From assembly GCA_018815245.1 (NCBI GenBank), contig JAHIXK010000014.1:82508-146507 (forward strand): a stretch of DNA of 64,000 bases. Reading direction: 5' to 3'. Shown one piece after another: positions 11,941-23,449 of this stretch. Under the pieces are notes generated by a model that worked only from the letters and a program-made list of their open reading frames with translations, was not told where the DNA came from and made no database searches. The DNA is from Gammaproteobacteria bacterium (lineage in GTDB: Bacteria > Pseudomonadota > Gammaproteobacteria > Burkholderiales > Burkholderiaceae_B). Within the stretch, counting starts at the first letter, position 1. Each line of letters starts with the position of its first letter. The translations under genes were made by a program, and so were the position numbers.

Positions 11941-12393
11941 CTAGCGGGTGCCTGTGCTGCCAAAGCCGCCTTCACCCCGTGTACTGGGCGTGAAGTCGCT
12001 GACTACCTTGAAGTCGGCGTGGGCAACTGGCAGGATGACCAACTGCGCAATGCGCTCCATGGGTTCAATCGTGACGGTGGTCTGGCTGCGGTTCCAGGCC
12101 GATACCATGAGCGGGCCTTGGTAATCGGAATCAATCAAGCCCACCAAATTGCCCAGTACCAAACCTTTTTTGTGGCCCAAACCCGAGCGCGGCAAAATGG
12201 TTGCGCAGTAGTTGGGGTCGCCAATGTACATTGACAAGCCTGTGGGCACCAGTTCGGCCTGGCCGGGTTGCAGGGTCAAGGGCTCAACCAGGCAGGCGCG
12301 CAGGTCAATTCCAGCACTGCCGGGTGTGCCATAGGCTGGCAATTGTTCTTGCATGCGGGTGTCGAGTACTTTCAGTTCTACTTGAATTTTCAT
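11941..12393 (-). CDS. dut: dUTP diphosphatase
   Basis: [38 protein letters not shown]. Confidence 0.97.
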   Translation of the reverse strand: MKIQVELKVLDTRMQEQLPAYGTPGSAGIDLRACLVEPLTLQPGQAELVPTGLSMYIGDPNYCATILPRSGLGHKKGLVLGNLVGLIDSDYQGPLMVSAWNRSQTTVTIEPMERIAQLVILPVAHADFKVVSDFTPSTRGEGGFGSTGTR

Positions 12394-12406
12394 GGTTGCC
12401 AGTGTT

Positions 12407-13639
12407 TTAAGAATGTTCGGTAATGAATGCCAGTACAGATTGTGCAGCTTGCAGCTTGCTGGATTTCGGCAGGTGCACGGCAGGCATTTTGTGGCTGTAC
12501 AGGCTAAGTTCGGTCAGGTCTGCGCCCAAGGCGTCTTGCGCCAAATTGCCAATGATGAAGTGGGCTTTTTTGCCGGTCAGTTTTCGGTTTGCGTATTCAT
12601 CAAGCTGTTCGGTTTCTGCCGCAAAGCCAACCACGGTTAGTGGCTTTTGTCGTTGCGCGGCCAGCTCACCCACTTCGGCGAGAATGTCGGGGTTCAATTC
12701 GAATTCCATGTGAAGGCCTGCGGGTTGATCAGCCTGCTTTTTCTGCTTTTGATTGCTTGGATTTTTGATGCCGTAATCGGCCACCGCAGCGACACCAAAA
12801 AACAGGTCGCAGTGCTCAATCTGATTGAACACCGCGGCGTGCATTTGTTTGGCCGATTGCACGTTCAACACGTGTGCGCCATAAGGTCCAGGCAATGCAG
12901 TGGGGCCGCTGACCAGGTGCACTTCAGCACCCATAAACCACGCGGCCTGTGCAAGGGCGTAGCCCATTTTGCCGCTTGACCGGTTGGTAATGCCGCGCAC
13001 CGGGTCGATGGCTTCAAATGTGGGGCCTGCAGTCAGTAACACGCTTTTCCCTGCCAGTGGCTTGGGGTTCACTGCGCGGGCTAGTTCCAGAACGATCTCG
13101 TACGGTTCAAGCATGCGGCCACTGCCCATTTCACCACAGGCCTGCTCGCCGGCAGCGGGGCCAAACACGTGCACACCATCGGCCTGTAGTTGTTCCAGGT
13201 TGCGCTGGGTGGCGGGGTTGTTCCACATCTCCACGTTCATGGCCGGTGCAACAGCCATGGGGCAGTTGCGGGCCAGCACAAGATTGTCGAGCAAATTGTC
13301 GGCAAAGCCGTGGGCGTATTTGGCCAGTGAATTGGCAGTGCAGGGCGCAACAAGCAGGAAGTCGGCCTGGCGGCTGATGTCGATGTGCGGCATGCCGCGG
13401 TCGCTCGCCCCTGTGGGCCATTGCGACACGTGCACCGGCTTACCTGATAGCGCCTGGAATGTTAGTGGTGCGATGAACCGGGTGGCCGACTCAGTCATGA
13501 CCACTTGCACCTCGCAGCCCTGTTTTGTTAACAGGCGAACCAGTTCTGCAGATTTGTAGGCAGCAATGCCACCGCACACACCCAGCGCCACACGCAGTTG
13601 GTTCAAACCGGGAAGCTGTGGCAATTCAACTGGGCGCAT
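12407..13639 (-). CDS. coaBC: phosphopantothenoylcysteine decarboxylase / phosphopantothenate-cysteine ligase
   Basis: [56 protein letters not shown]. Confidence 0.96.
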   Translation of the reverse strand: MRPVELPQLPGLNQLRVALGVCGGIAAYKSAELVRLLTKQGCEVQVVMTESATRFIAPLTFQALSGKPVHVSQWPTGASDRGMPHIDISRQADFLLVAPCTANSLAKYAHGFADNLLDNLVLARNCPMAVAPAMNVEMWNNPATQRNLEQLQADGVHVFGPAAGEQACGEMGSGRMLEPYEIVLELARAVNPKPLAGKSVLLTAGPTFEAIDPVRGITNRSSGKMGYALAQAAWFMGAEVHLVSGPTALPGPYGAHVLNVQSAKQMHAAVFNQIEHCDLFFGVAAVADYGIKNPSNQKQKKQADQPAGLHMEFELNPDILAEVGELAAQRQKPLTVVGFAAETEQLDEYANRKLTGKKAHFIIGNLAQDALGADLTELSLYSHKMPAVHLPKSSKLQAAQSVLAFITEHS

Positions 13640-13650
13640 GCGTTTAAACC

Positions 13651-14178
13651 TTATTGGCTTTTGACGGGTTGGGCTTTGTGTTCTTTGTTGAAAAACAATT
13701 CGTCAACAATCAAGCCAATTGCACCCATGGTAATCGCAATGTCAGCCACATTGAAAGCTGGCCAGTGATAGTTTTGAATGTAGAAATCAAGAAAGTCGAT
13801 GACCGCCCCATGTGCTACGCGGTCAATCAGGTTCCCGATTGCGCCACCCAAAATACAGGCCAGGCAGAACATTGCAAATTTGCGGTGGCTGGATGAGCGC
13901 ATCATGAAAATAATCACGATGGACGCCACCACAGCCACGCCGGCGAGGAAGTGCTTTTGCCAGCCCTCCTGGTCAGCCAGAAAGCTGAATGCCGCGCCGG
14001 GGTTCAACACATACACCAGATTAAAGAAGCTGGTGATTTCAACCACGGTGCCAAGGTCGAGCCGGGCTTGAACCCACAATTTGGTAATTTGATCAACCAG
14101 AATCAGCAGCAATGAGAAACCAATCCAGGGCAGGATTGATTTTTTTGGTGGCTTTAATGCTTTGGTTACCTTAGACAT
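13651..14178 (-). CDS. lspA: lipoprotein signal peptidase II
   Basis: [33 protein letters not shown]; ATG at 14178 overlaps the ileS end. Confidence 0.95.
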   Translation of the reverse strand: MSKVTKALKPPKKSILPWIGFSLLLILVDQITKLWVQARLDLGTVVEITSFFNLVYVLNPGAAFSFLADQEGWQKHFLAGVAVVASIVIIFMMRSSSHRKFAMFCLACILGGAIGNLIDRVAHGAVIDFLDFYIQNYHWPAFNVADIAITMGAIGLIVDELFFNKEHKAQPVKSQ

Positions 14179-16966
14179 GATTGCGCACCTCGCCTTCGCC
14201 AAACAGGTTGCTGACACAACGGCCACAGACTCCGGGGTGTTCCGGGTCGGCGCCGGTGTCGGGGCGTACATGCCAGCAGCGCTCGCATTTCTCGCCTTCT
14301 GCAATGCCCACTTCAATGTTCTCTTCGCTGGCTTTTGCAATTGTCAGACTGGACACAATAAAGAGAAATTTCAGGTCGTCATCCAGGCTTTCGGCTGCTG
14401 AATACAGATCGGCTGGTAGTTGCAGGGCAACTGCGCCTTGCAGGGATGAACCAATTTTGCCTGCCGTGCGCAGGCTTTCCAGTTCCTTCACCACGCGTGC
14501 GCGCAGGGCCAGCAATTCGGCCCACTTGCTGCCCAGTGTTTCTGCATTGGCTACCTTGGGTACCTTGTAAAATTCATTGCAGAACACGGATGCTTCCACA
14601 TTGCCCATTACTTCACACGCTTCCTCTGCGGTGAAGCTGAGCACTGGGGCCATCAGGCGAAGCAGTGCGTGCGTGATGTGATACAGCGCGGTTTGGGCGC
14701 TGCGGCGTGATGTTGAGTTCACGCCCGTGGTGTACAGGCGGTCTTTCAATACATCAAGGTAGAACGCCCCCAAATCTTCGGAGCAGAAGATTTGCAGTTT
14801 GCTGACAATCGGGTGGAATTCGTACTTCAGGTAGTGTGCTTCGCACTCGCTTTGCAATTTGCTGATCAGAGTCAGCGCGTACTGGTCCACCTCGAGCAGT
14901 TCTTCAGTGGGTACGGCCTGCGTTGCATAGTCAAAATCGGAAATGTTGGCGAGCAAAAAGCGCAGCGTATTGCGAATGCGACGGTAGCTTTCCACCACAC
15001 GTTTCAAAATTTCGTCAGAGATGGTCAGCTCGCCGGAATAGTCGGTGCTGGCAACCCACAGGCGCAAAATTTCGGCGCCCATTTTGTCTGAAACCTGCTG
15101 CGGCGCAATGACATTGCCCACCGACTTGCTCATCTTTCGGCCCTGACCGTCGACCACAAAACCGTGGGTGAGCAGGGCTTTGTATGGGGGCACGCCGTTG
15201 ATCATGCAACTGGTCAACAGGCTTGAATGGAACCAGCCGCGGTGCTGGTCGGAACCTTCAAGGTACAGGTCAGCCGGGAAGTGGCTTTCGTCGGCATGGC
15301 TGCCACGCAAAACAGTTTCGTGGGTGGTGCCGGAATCGAACCACACATCCAGCGTGTCGGGGTTTTTTACGTAGTCTTTCGCTTCATCGCCGATCAGTTC
15401 TTCAACCGAAACATGTTGCCATGCCTCGATGCCTTTTTTCTCGATCATCTGGGCAATGGTTTCGATCAGTTCAGGCGTGCGTGGGTGCAGCTCACCGGTT
15501 TCACGGTGGACCAAAAATGCCATGGGCACGCCCCATTGGCGTTGGCGCGACAGGGTCCAGTCCGGGCGGTTGGCGATCATGGCGTGCAGCCGTGCCTTGC
15601 CCCATGCGGGGAAAAACTCGGTGGCTTCCACGCCGGCCAGTGCTTTCTCGCGCAGGCTGCCGGAACCGTCATTGGATTCCACATCCATACCTGCGAACCA
15701 CTGCGATGTGGCGCGGTAAATGATGGGGGTTTTGTGGCGCCAGCAGTGCATGTAGCTGTGGCCAAATTTCACCTGTTTGATGAGTGCGCCCACCTCGACC
15801 ATTTTTTCAACAATCAGCGGATTGGCTTTCCAGATGTGCAGGCCGCCGAAGAAGAGCAGGGAGTCGGCGTACACACCATTGCCCATCACCGGGTTGATGA
15901 TGTCGGCGTCTTTCATGCCATAGGCTTTGCTGGTCAAAAAGTCGTCGACGCCGTAGGCGGGCGAGCAATGCACAATGCCTGTGCCCGTGTCGGTGCTGAC
16001 ATAATCTGCCAAATACACAGGGCTTAGGCGGTCATAAAATGGATGATGAAATGCGATGCCTTGCAAGGTCGCGCCCTTGGTGGTGGCAACTTCAGTTCCT
16101 TCCAGTTCATAGCTGTCAAGGCAAGGCTTCACACGTTCTTGTGCCAGCAGCAAGTGTTTGCTGCCTACATCGACCAGGCTGTACACCAGTTCCGGGTGCA
16201 TGTTCAGCGCTTGGTTGGCGGGAAGGGTCCACGGTGTTGTGGTCCAGATAACCAGTTGGCCTGGTTTGGCCTGCAAGGTGGCCAGTGGCACATTGAATGC
16301 GGCGGCCAGTTTGTCCAGATTTGCTTCGTTGAATGCGAAGCCTACATCCACCGCAATGTCTTGTTTGTCTTTGTATTCAACCTCGGCTTCAGCCAAGGCG
16401 GAACCGCAATCGAAGCACCAGTTCACGGGTTTTAGCCCACGAAATACGTAGCCTTTTTCCAGGATTTTTCCCAAGGCGCGAAGTTCATCCGCCTCGTTGC
16501 CAAAGTTCATGGTTTTGTAGGGGTTCTCCCAGTCGGCGAGCACGCCCAGGCGAATGAAGTCTTTTTTCTGGCGTTCAATTTGCTCGGCGGCGTAGGCGCG
16601 GCTTTTTTCCTGCACTTCCAGTGTGGGGCGACCCTTGCCGTGGGTTTTTTCAATTTGAATTTCAATGGGCATGCCGTGGCAGTCCCAGCCCGGTACATAA
16701 CGTGCATCGTAACCCGCCAGGCAGCGGCACTTCACGATGATGTCTTTCAGGATTTTGTTGACCGCATGGCCAATGTGAATGTCGCCGTTGGCATAGGGTG
16801 GGCCATCATGCAGTACAAACTTGGGCTTGCCCGCTTTGGCGTTGCGAATGGCTTTGTACAAGTCTTCCTTGCACCACTTTTCAACCCAGTCGGGTTCACG
16901 CGCGGGCAAGTTGCCGCGCATCGGAAAGGGTGTGTCTGGCAGGTTCAGTGTGTTCTTGTAATCCAT
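14171..16966 (-). CDS. ileS: isoleucine-tRNA ligase (IleRS1 type)
   Basis: HIGH and KMSKS motifs, [10 protein letters not shown]-terminal CERC...CGRC zinc finger. Confidence 0.98.
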   Translation of the reverse strand: MDYKNTLNLPDTPFPMRGNLPAREPDWVEKWCKEDLYKAIRNAKAGKPKFVLHDGPPYANGDIHIGHAVNKILKDIIVKCRCLAGYDARYVPGWDCHGMPIEIQIEKTHGKGRPTLEVQEKSRAYAAEQIERQKKDFIRLGVLADWENPYKTMNFGNEADELRALGKILEKGYVFRGLKPVNWCFDCGSALAEAEVEYKDKQDIAVDVGFAFNEANLDKLAAAFNVPLATLQAKPGQLVIWTTTPWTLPANQALNMHPELVYSLVDVGSKHLLLAQERVKPCLDSYELEGTEVATTKGATLQGIAFHHPFYDRLSPVYLADYVSTDTGTGIVHCSPAYGVDDFLTSKAYGMKDADIINPVMGNGVYADSLLFFGGLHIWKANPLIVEKMVEVGALIKQVKFGHSYMHCWRHKTPIIYRATSQWFAGMDVESNDGSGSLREKALAGVEATEFFPAWGKARLHAMIANRPDWTLSRQRQWGVPMAFLVHRETGELHPRTPELIETIAQMIEKKGIEAWQHVSVEELIGDEAKDYVKNPDTLDVWFDSGTTHETVLRGSHADESHFPADLYLEGSDQHRGWFHSSLLTSCMINGVPPYKALLTHGFVVDGQGRKMSKSVGNVIAPQQVSDKMGAEILRLWVASTDYSGELTISDEILKRVVESYRRIRNTLRFLLANISDFDYATQAVPTEELLEVDQYALTLISKLQSECEAHYLKYEFHPIVSKLQIFCSEDLGAFYLDVLKDRLYTTGVNSTSRRSAQTALYHITHALLRLMAPVLSFTAEEACEVMGNVEASVFCNEFYKVPKVANAETLGSKWAELLALRARVVKELESLRTAGKIGSSLQGAVALQLPADLYSAAESLDDDLKFLFIVSSLTIAKASEENIEVGIAEGEKCERCWHVRPDTGADPEHPGVCGRCVSNLFGEGEVRNHV

Positions 16967-16972
16967 GTCGGG

Positions 16973-17944
16973 TTAACAGCCTGTATTTGAAATCCGGGGT
17001 TTGTTGGCGGCCAGCAGGGCCATGGCTTTTTCGGTGTCTTTGTGCATCTGGGTCACCATGATGTCGAGCGAATCGAAGTGTTGTTCCGGGCGAATGTGCG
17101 CAAGCACTTCGATACGCAGTAACTTGCCATACGCATTGCCTTGCCAGTCTGGAATGAATGTTTCCAGCAAGATTTGATCTGAATGTTCTACCGTGGGGCG
17201 CACGCCCATGCTGGCCACAGCGGGCAGTGGTTTTTGTTCCTGTCCTGCTGTTTCCAGTCCATGAACCCACACAGCAAGAATACCGGTCAGCGCACTGGCC
17301 CGCCCGGCAATTCGCAGATTCATGGTGGGAAAGCCCAGCGTGCGACCCAGTTTTTTGCCATGAACAATGTGGCCGGAATACACCAAGGGGTGGCCCAGCA
17401 TGTCGGTGGCATGGGGCACATCGCCCGCCTTCAGGGCTTCCCGAATATTGGAGCTGGAAACCCGCGCGCCATTTCGCTGAACCTCGGCAAGGTCGTTGAC
17501 CACAAATTCATGTGCGTTGCCCAAGGCTTGCAGCAAGGCGAAGTCGCCCGCGCGTTTTGCGCCAAAACGGAAGTCGTCGCCCACCCACACCTGTTTGGCA
17601 TTGAGCTGGTTCAACAGCACTTCCTGCACAAAGGCTTGCGGGCTGAGGGCGGCCATGGCCTTGTCAAATGGCAGCACGCACACCTGTTCAATGCCGCAGC
17701 GCTTCATCTCAATGATTCGATCCCGCAGGGTGGAAATTCTGTCGAGCTTGAAGCTGGAACTGAAAAACTCCTTGGGGTGCGGGTGCAGGGTCACCACCGT
17801 GGGCACCAATCCCTGCGCGCGTGCAGCGGCCACCACGCGGCGGAACAACTCGGCATGGCCGGAGTGAACGCCGTCGAAGTTTCCTATGGTGAGCGCAGTG
17901 CCCTTGGCAAATGTATGTGACCGGGGGCGGCGAATGATTTTCAT
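16973..17944 (-). CDS. ribF: bifunctional riboflavin kinase / FAD synthetase
   Basis: IGNFDGVHSGH, VSSSNIR, GRTLGFPTMN, RPTV...LLETF; ATG at 17944. Confidence 0.95.
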   Translation of the reverse strand: MKIIRRPRSHTFAKGTALTIGNFDGVHSGHAELFRRVVAAARAQGLVPTVVTLHPHPKEFFSSSFKLDRISTLRDRIIEMKRCGIEQVCVLPFDKAMAALSPQAFVQEVLLNQLNAKQVWVGDDFRFGAKRAGDFALLQALGNAHEFVVNDLAEVQRNGARVSSSNIREALKAGDVPHATDMLGHPLVYSGHIVHGKKLGRTLGFPTMNLRIAGRASALTGILAVWVHGLETAGQEQKPLPAVASMGVRPTVEHSDQILLETFIPDWQGNAYGKLLRIEVLAHIRPEQHFDSLDIMVTQMHKDTEKAMALLAANKPRISNTGC

Positions 17945-18048
17945 ACCGATTGTGTCGGCTCTTGAGCGGTTGCAAAACAACCGATCATTATAAGGCCTGA
18001 ATGGTGAAAAATAGGGCTTTTTTGCCCGCACAGTGATAAACTCGCGCC

Positions 18049-18690
18049 ATGCAAAATTCCACACCTTCCGTCGTCATTTTGATCTCGGGGCGGGGTTCAA
18101 ACTTGAATGCCCTGATCGATCACGCCAAACAGACCGGGGCCTACCAAATTCGTGCAGTCATTTCCAACCGCCCAGCAGCGGCTGGCTTGGCTTTGGCGCA
18201 ATCGGCCGGGCTGGATACGGCCATTCTGGATCACACCGAATATGAAAGCCGCGAGGCCTTTGATGCCGCGCTGGCCGGTTTGATCGACCAGTATCAACCT
18301 GATTGGGTTGTGCTGGCCGGCTTCATGCGGGTGCTTACAGACGGTTTTGTGAACCGCTATTTGGGGCGCCTGGTGAATATCCATCCCTCGCTGCTGCCTG
18401 CCTTCCCGGGCCTTAAAACCCACCAGCAGGCGCTGGATGCTGGTGTACGTGTGCATGGGGTTACCGTGCACTTGGTTACCCCCAAGCTGGACCATGGCCC
18501 CATTGTGGACCAAGCGCTGTTGCAGGTGCTGCCGGGTGATACCGCAGAAACCCTGGCCACCCGCGTGTTGGCGCTGGAGCATGAAATCTATCCCCGGGCA
18601 CTGGCGGCATTGGCCAGCGGGCAAATTAAAATGGTGAACGGGCAACTGGATGGCACTTTGGCCACAGCCCTGGTTCACGCAATTCAATAA
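18049..18690 (+). CDS. purN: phosphoribosylglycinamide formyltransferase
   Basis: LISGRGSNL, LAGFMRVL, NIHPSLLP, GVTVH, DHGPI. Confidence 0.96.
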   Translation: MQNSTPSVVILISGRGSNLNALIDHAKQTGAYQIRAVISNRPAAAGLALAQSAGLDTAILDHTEYESREAFDAALAGLIDQYQPDWVVLAGFMRVLTDGFVNRYLGRLVNIHPSLLPAFPGLKTHQQALDAGVRVHGVTVHLVTPKLDHGPIVDQALLQVLPGDTAETLATRVLALEHEIYPRALAALASGQIKMVNGQLDGTLATALVHAIQ

Positions 18691-18705
18691 AACAGGATAT
18701 TCAAT

Positions 18706-20052
18706 ATGGTCGGGTCAACTAAAAAAACCCCATTTCGCAAACCCAACACCCGCCGCGAAAGCAAGGTAGAGCGCCAAGGCGCGCAGTCCCGTTATGGCCT
18801 GGTAAGCACTGTGGCGCAGTTGATTGACTTGTTGGCCCAGTTTGAAGGCCCTGCGGATGCAGCCATTTCCCGCTTTTTCAAAGATCACCCTGAGCTGGGT
18901 GGCCGCGACCGCCCCATGGTGGCCGAGGCGGTGTATTGCTGGTTGCGTTACCGCTACCGAATCAATCACTTGGCGCAGGCCGGTGAAGGTCCCTCGGTGG
19001 TTCGCCAAGCCAAACTGGCCCTGTTGTGGTCGGGTGCGCCTGAGCAGATTTGGTCTGCAGGCAAGCAGGCTGACAATGAGTGGTTAAGCCGTGTAATCAA
19101 TATTTCTGCTGATGATTTGGGTGTTGAAGCCCGAACCTGTTTGCCTGAGTGGTTTTATAGCCGACTGGTTGAGCAATTCGGCAATGATCGCGCCGAGTCG
19201 TTTTCACAAGCCGTACTCAGCGCCGCCCCGCTTGATTTGCGAGTGAATACGGTTAAAACCAGTGTGGTCGATTTGTTGGCGGCACTGACGAACATGGGTG
19301 TCCAAGTAAACCCGATTGAAGGTCTGCCCGAAGGTTTGCGCGCAGTGGGTAAACCCATTGTTGGCAAAACCGAGATTTTTCAGGAAGGTTATTTTGAGGT
19401 GCAGGATGCCGGTAGCCAGTGGGTAAGCCGCTTGGTTGCGCCACGCCGAGGCGATTTGGTGGTTGACTTTTGCGCGGGCGCGGGTGGAAAAACCCTGGCG
19501 ATTGGCGCACAAATGAAGAACACAGGCCGCATTGTGGCGCTGGATACATCGGAAAAGCGTTTGGTGAAGTTCAAGCCCCGTGCGGCTCGCTCTGGGTTGA
19601 GCAACTTCTACACCATGGTGATCAACGACGAAACCGACCCGCGCCTGAACAAGTATTTCGGCAAAGCTGACCGTGTGGTAACCGATGTTCCTTGCAGTGG
19701 TATGGGAACCTTAAGGCGTAACCCGGATCTTAAATTTAGACAGAACTTGCAGAGTCTGGCAGAATTGACCGCGAAGCAAAAATCCATCATTGAGCATGCA
19801 GCCAAACTGGTAAAGCCCGATGGTCGGCTTGTTTATATCACTTGCAGTGTTCTTCGCGATGAAAACGAAAACATTGTCAATGCGTTCCTGGAAAGTCACC
19901 CGGAATTCCGGCTTCGCCGCTGGACTGAAGTGCTGAACCCCGGGGAGCGGCCTGTCAAGGCGAGCACGACTGACGACATGCTTCGATTGTGGCCAGAAGA
20001 TGGTGAATCAGATGGCTTTTTTGCAGCAGTGTTACAACGTTCCAAAGCCTGA
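18706..20052 (+). CDS. RsmB/NOP (sun) family m5C RNA methyltransferase
   Basis: VQDAGSQ, DFCAGAGGKT, DVPCSGMG and YITCS catalytic cysteines. Confidence 0.88.
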   Translation: MVGSTKKTPFRKPNTRRESKVERQGAQSRYGLVSTVAQLIDLLAQFEGPADAAISRFFKDHPELGGRDRPMVAEAVYCWLRYRYRINHLAQAGEGPSVVRQAKLALLWSGAPEQIWSAGKQADNEWLSRVINISADDLGVEARTCLPEWFYSRLVEQFGNDRAESFSQAVLSAAPLDLRVNTVKTSVVDLLAALTNMGVQVNPIEGLPEGLRAVGKPIVGKTEIFQEGYFEVQDAGSQWVSRLVAPRRGDLVVDFCAGAGGKTLAIGAQMKNTGRIVALDTSEKRLVKFKPRAARSGLSNFYTMVINDETDPRLNKYFGKADRVVTDVPCSGMGTLRRNPDLKFRQNLQSLAELTAKQKSIIEHAAKLVKPDGRLVYITCSVLRDENENIVNAFLESHPEFRLRRWTEVLNPGERPVKASTTDDMLRLWPEDGESDGFFAAVLQRSKA

Positions 20053-20086
20053 ACTGAATATAAATTCCAAATGTGTTCCGGCTTTA

Positions 20087-20104
20087 AAAGTACACTTGTA
20101 CACT
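20087..20104. promoter_or_regulatory. candidate FabR/DesT-type operator upstream of the desaturase
   Basis: AAAGTACACTTGTACACT; core GTACA-CT-TGTAC palindrome resembling FabR/DesT AG-GTACA-NN-TGTAC-CT sites; 80 bp upstream of the desaturase start. Confidence 0.5.
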
Positions 20105-20184
20105 GAAAATATGATACGGCTCCTTCAGAAGCAAATTGAGACGGCCGTAACCTTTGTAATACGACCTGTTGAGAGTTGGTGAAT

Positions 20185-21378
20185 ATGATTGAATTTTTAA
20201 CCTCAGGAATTACCGGTGCCAGCATTGGCCAAATGGTGATTTACACCCTGATTGTGACCCACATTACTATTGTGGCCGTAACAGTGTACTTGCACCGTTG
20301 CCAGGCCCATCGTGCTTTGGAAGTACACCCGGCACTGGCGCATTTTTTTCGTGCCTGGCTTTGGTTCACCACCGGCATGAGCACCCGCGCATGGGCGGCC
20401 ATTCACCGAAAGCACCACGCCAAGTGTGAAACACCCGATGACCCCCACAGCCCGCAAACCCGTGGCTTGAAAACCGTATTTTGGCGCGGTGCCGAGCTTT
20501 ATCGGTCGGAATCCAAGAATGCAGAAACCCTGGCCAAGTACAGCCACGGCACGCCCAGCGATTGGCTGGAGTTTCAGGTGTATGAGCGTTTTCCGTGGCA
20601 GGGTGTTGGTTTCACTCTGGTGCTTAGTTTCATTCTGTTCGGTTTCCCCGGCGTTAGTATTTGGGCCATCCAAATGTTGTGGATCCCTGTGCTGGCTGCA
20701 GGCGTGATCAACGGCATTGGCCATTATTGGGGCTACCGCAATTACGATTGCCCCGATGCCAGCCGCAATATTTCCCCGTTTGGAATTTTGATCGGCGGTG
20801 AAGAGCTGCACAACAACCACCACACACACGCTACTTCGGCCAAGCTGAGTTCCAAGTGGTTTGAATTCGATATTGGCTGGATGTACATCAAGGTTTTCAG
20901 TTTTCTTGGTTTGGCCAAAGTCAAAAAAGTGGCGGAGTCGCCCAAGTTTTCGTCTGAAAGCAAACCGGTGCTTAGTTTGGTGACAGTCCAGGCGGTGGTG
21001 AATCACCGTTATGATGTGATGGCGCGCTACGCCAGTTCAATGCGCAAGGCCTTCCGTTCTGAGGCGGCAGCGATGAAGCAAAAAGCAGCCAATGCCCAAG
21101 AACTTAAAGTGTTGTCCAAGGGCACCAAGCTGTTGTCGATCGACGAAAGCAAGCTGTGTGATGTGCAGCGTGCCGAACTGGCCCAGTTGTGTGCGCAATC
21201 GAAGATGATCAATACGTTGGTTGAGATGCGTGCTGAATTGCGCCAGATTTGGGAAAAAACCAACCTGAGCCGTGAGCAAATGCTGGTTCAGCTGCAAGCG
21301 TGGTGCGAGCGTGCTGAGCAAAGCGGTATTCGCTGGCTGGAAGACATGTCTATTCGCATTCGTCGCTACGCTGCCTGA
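20185..21378 (+). CDS. acyl-CoA/acyl-lipid delta-9 type fatty acid desaturase (DesA-like)
   Basis: Three His boxes HRCQAH, HRKHH, HNNHH; TM helices. Confidence 0.9.
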   Translation: MIEFLTSGITGASIGQMVIYTLIVTHITIVAVTVYLHRCQAHRALEVHPALAHFFRAWLWFTTGMSTRAWAAIHRKHHAKCETPDDPHSPQTRGLKTVFWRGAELYRSESKNAETLAKYSHGTPSDWLEFQVYERFPWQGVGFTLVLSFILFGFPGVSIWAIQMLWIPVLAAGVINGIGHYWGYRNYDCPDASRNISPFGILIGGEELHNNHHTHATSAKLSSKWFEFDIGWMYIKVFSFLGLAKVKKVAESPKFSSESKPVLSLVTVQAVVNHRYDVMARYASSMRKAFRSEAAAMKQKAANAQELKVLSKGTKLLSIDESKLCDVQRAELAQLCAQSKMINTLVEMRAELRQIWEKTNLSREQMLVQLQAWCERAEQSGIRWLEDMSIRIRRYAA

Positions 21379-21401
21379 TATTCGCGAAGCGTTGGTTTAA
21401 G

Positions 21402-21432
21402 AAAGCCGCTGGTTTCGATCAGCGGCTTTTTT
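21402..21432 (+). terminator. intrinsic terminator of the desaturase gene
   Basis: AAAGCCGCTG-loop-CAGCGGCTTTTTT. Confidence 0.85.
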
Positions 21433-21549
21433 ATTGATGCGCTGGTGTTTGTGTTTGCAGCCCGACCTTCAGCCACCGTCAGCGGCATTCGCGAAATCGC
21501 GTTTCACTAGCACTTCAGGGCATCTATGCGGCTTCGCAAATGCCAAACG

Positions 21550-21581
21550 AAAAACCCGCTCTGAATTTCAGTAGCGGGTTT
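21550..21581 (-). terminator. intrinsic terminator of rpmB-rpmG
   Basis: AAACCCGCT/AGCGGGTTT stem extended by CTGAA/TTCAG; U-tract on the minus strand. Confidence 0.8.
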
Positions 21582-21607
21582 CTGTAGAAACAGCGAAAGC
21601 AAGCGAG

Positions 21608-21775
21608 TTACTTCAGCTTGGTTTCTTTGTATGACACATGCTTACGAACCACTGGATCGTATTTCATGATTTCAATTTTCTCGGGCTTCGTGCGCTTGTT
21701 TTTGGTCGTTGTATAGAAATGACCTGTACCAGCAGAAGATTCGAGTTTGATTTTTTCGCGACCACCTTTAGCCAT
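21608..21775 (-). CDS. rpmG: 50S ribosomal protein L33 (55 aa, Cys-free form), absent from the ORF track
   Basis: Hand-translated [55 protein letters not shown]. Confidence 0.97.
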   Translation of the reverse strand: MAKGGREKIKLESSAGTGHFYTTTKNKRTKPEKIEIMKYDPVVRKHVSYKETKLK

Positions 21776-21788
21776 GATTTACTCCTGC

Positions 21789-22022
21789 TTAGATTTCGCC
21801 ACGTGCACGAAGATCGGCCAAAACAGCATCAATGCCGTTTTTGTCGATAGTGCGCAGGGCGTTATTAGTTAGACGCAGGCGAACCCAGCGGTTTTCGCTT
21901 TCAACCCAGAACTTGCGTGACTGCAAGTTAGGCAGGAAACGACGTTTTGTTTTGTTGTTGGCGTGGGAAACTTTGTTTCCAACCATCGGGCGCTTACCCG
22001 TTACTTGACATACGCGAGCCAT
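21789..22022 (-). CDS. rpmB: 50S ribosomal protein L28
   Basis: [33 protein letters not shown]. Confidence 0.98.
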   Translation of the reverse strand: MARVCQVTGKRPMVGNKVSHANNKTKRRFLPNLQSRKFWVESENRWVRLRLTNNALRTIDKNGIDAVLADLRARGEI

Positions 22023-22158
22023 GATGACCCCAAAAAATTCAGCAAATTAGTGTATCTGCAAAACCACACGGCATGAATTGAAAAGCCATGGATTTGCGGC
22101 GAAGTCCAAGATTGTAACCAATTACTATTCTTTTGCCCAGCCTTTTTTGTGGAAAAAA

Positions 22159-22842
22159 TCAAAAAGGTGGACGATTGTTGAGTCGGTACGAATACCCGCA
22201 GCTGGGGCCAACCACTAAATGGTCTACCAATTCTATATCAATCAGTGCCAAGGCTGAGTGTAGCTCGCGGGTCAGGCGGTCGTCGGCGCTGCTGGGCGTG
22301 CAGCAATCGCTTGGGTGGTTGTGGGCCACCATGATGCGCGGGGCATTGGTGTGTATTGCAAATTTAAGCACTTCACGCGGAAAAACGGCTGTTTTGTTGA
22401 CGGTGCCGCTGGACAACACCTTGTGATCCAGCACTTTTAGTTGGCTGTCCAGGGCAATTGCCAGAAAGTTTTCAACGTCGCTTAAACCTATTTGAGCCCG
22501 CACAAACCTTTCAAACAGGTCTGGCGAGCCCAGCAAATGGGGTGTTTCCTGCAATTCATGGCTTAAACAACGCTTGGCCATTTCCAGGCAGGCGCGCAGT
22601 TGGGCGTATTTTGCTTCGCCTAGACCCCGAATTTGAACCCATTCAGCCAGCGATACGCGGTTCAGGTTTTGTAAGCCGCCAAATTGCGTGATCATTTCAC
22701 GGGCCAGGTCGACTGCGCTTTTGCCGGGCAAGCCTGTGCGCAAAAAAATGGCCAGCAGTTCTGCATCTGAAAGTGCCTGTGCGCCTTGTTTGATAAGCCG
22801 CTCGCGGGGGCGGTCGTGTTTGGGCCAGCTTTGAATGCTCAT
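22159..22842 (-). CDS. radC: RadC (UPF0758) JAB-domain protein
   Basis: RPRERL, LSDAELLAIFLRTG, HNHPS...PSSADD JAB motif. Confidence 0.93.
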   Translation of the reverse strand: MSIQSWPKHDRPRERLIKQGAQALSDAELLAIFLRTGLPGKSAVDLAREMITQFGGLQNLNRVSLAEWVQIRGLGEAKYAQLRACLEMAKRCLSHELQETPHLLGSPDLFERFVRAQIGLSDVENFLAIALDSQLKVLDHKVLSSGTVNKTAVFPREVLKFAIHTNAPRIMVAHNHPSDCCTPSSADDRLTRELHSALALIDIELVDHLVVGPSCGYSYRLNNRPPF

Positions 22843-22977
22843 GGAATTTAACCTGAAAACGGTTATGTGGTCTGCCCCCAGGACTCAGTTCCCCTGCATG
22901 CGAGCCATAAATGGCTGAAGACCTGCGCCCAAAGGCGTAGAATAGAGCCGTTTTTGAAATGATTTCAGGATGTTGAA

Positions 22978-23442
22978 ATGACTGATGCAGTACAGCCCAA
23001 GCCCGTGGTGAACGAATCTTCATTCGTAACGCTGCATTACCGAATTCGCTTGGCGGAAAGCCAGCAAGTAATAGTGTCTACATTTGAGGACAAACCTGCC
23101 ACATTGTCGATTGGCGCAGGTCAGCTGGCCGAAGGCCTTGAGCGTTGCCTGTTTGGCATGCAAGCGGGTCAGCGCGACACGTTCACGCTGCCGGCCGGTA
23201 GTGGCTATGGCGACATCAACCCCGATTTATACCGCCCGGTTAGCAAGGCTTTGCTGTCGAAGTATGCTGAAGAGGGCACTACGTTTGAGCCTGGCGAGTT
23301 TGTGCATTTCCCGGCACCCGATGGTGGCCAGTTTGCCGGCACCGTGGTGGAGGAGCGTGATGATGATATTTTGTTTGACTTTAATCACCCCTTGGCTGGC
23401 AAAGCACTGAGCTTTGAAGTGCAGTTGATCGGGGTGTTGTGA
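22978..23442 (+). CDS. fkpB: FKBP-type peptidyl-prolyl isomerase (SlpA/FkpB)
   Basis: [18 protein letters not shown]; directly upstream of ispH. Confidence 0.88.
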   Translation: MTDAVQPKPVVNESSFVTLHYRIRLAESQQVIVSTFEDKPATLSIGAGQLAEGLERCLFGMQAGQRDTFTLPAGSGYGDINPDLYRPVSKALLSKYAEEGTTFEPGEFVHFPAPDGGQFAGTVVEERDDDILFDFNHPLAGKALSFEVQLIGVL

Positions 23443-23449
23443 GGTGAGT

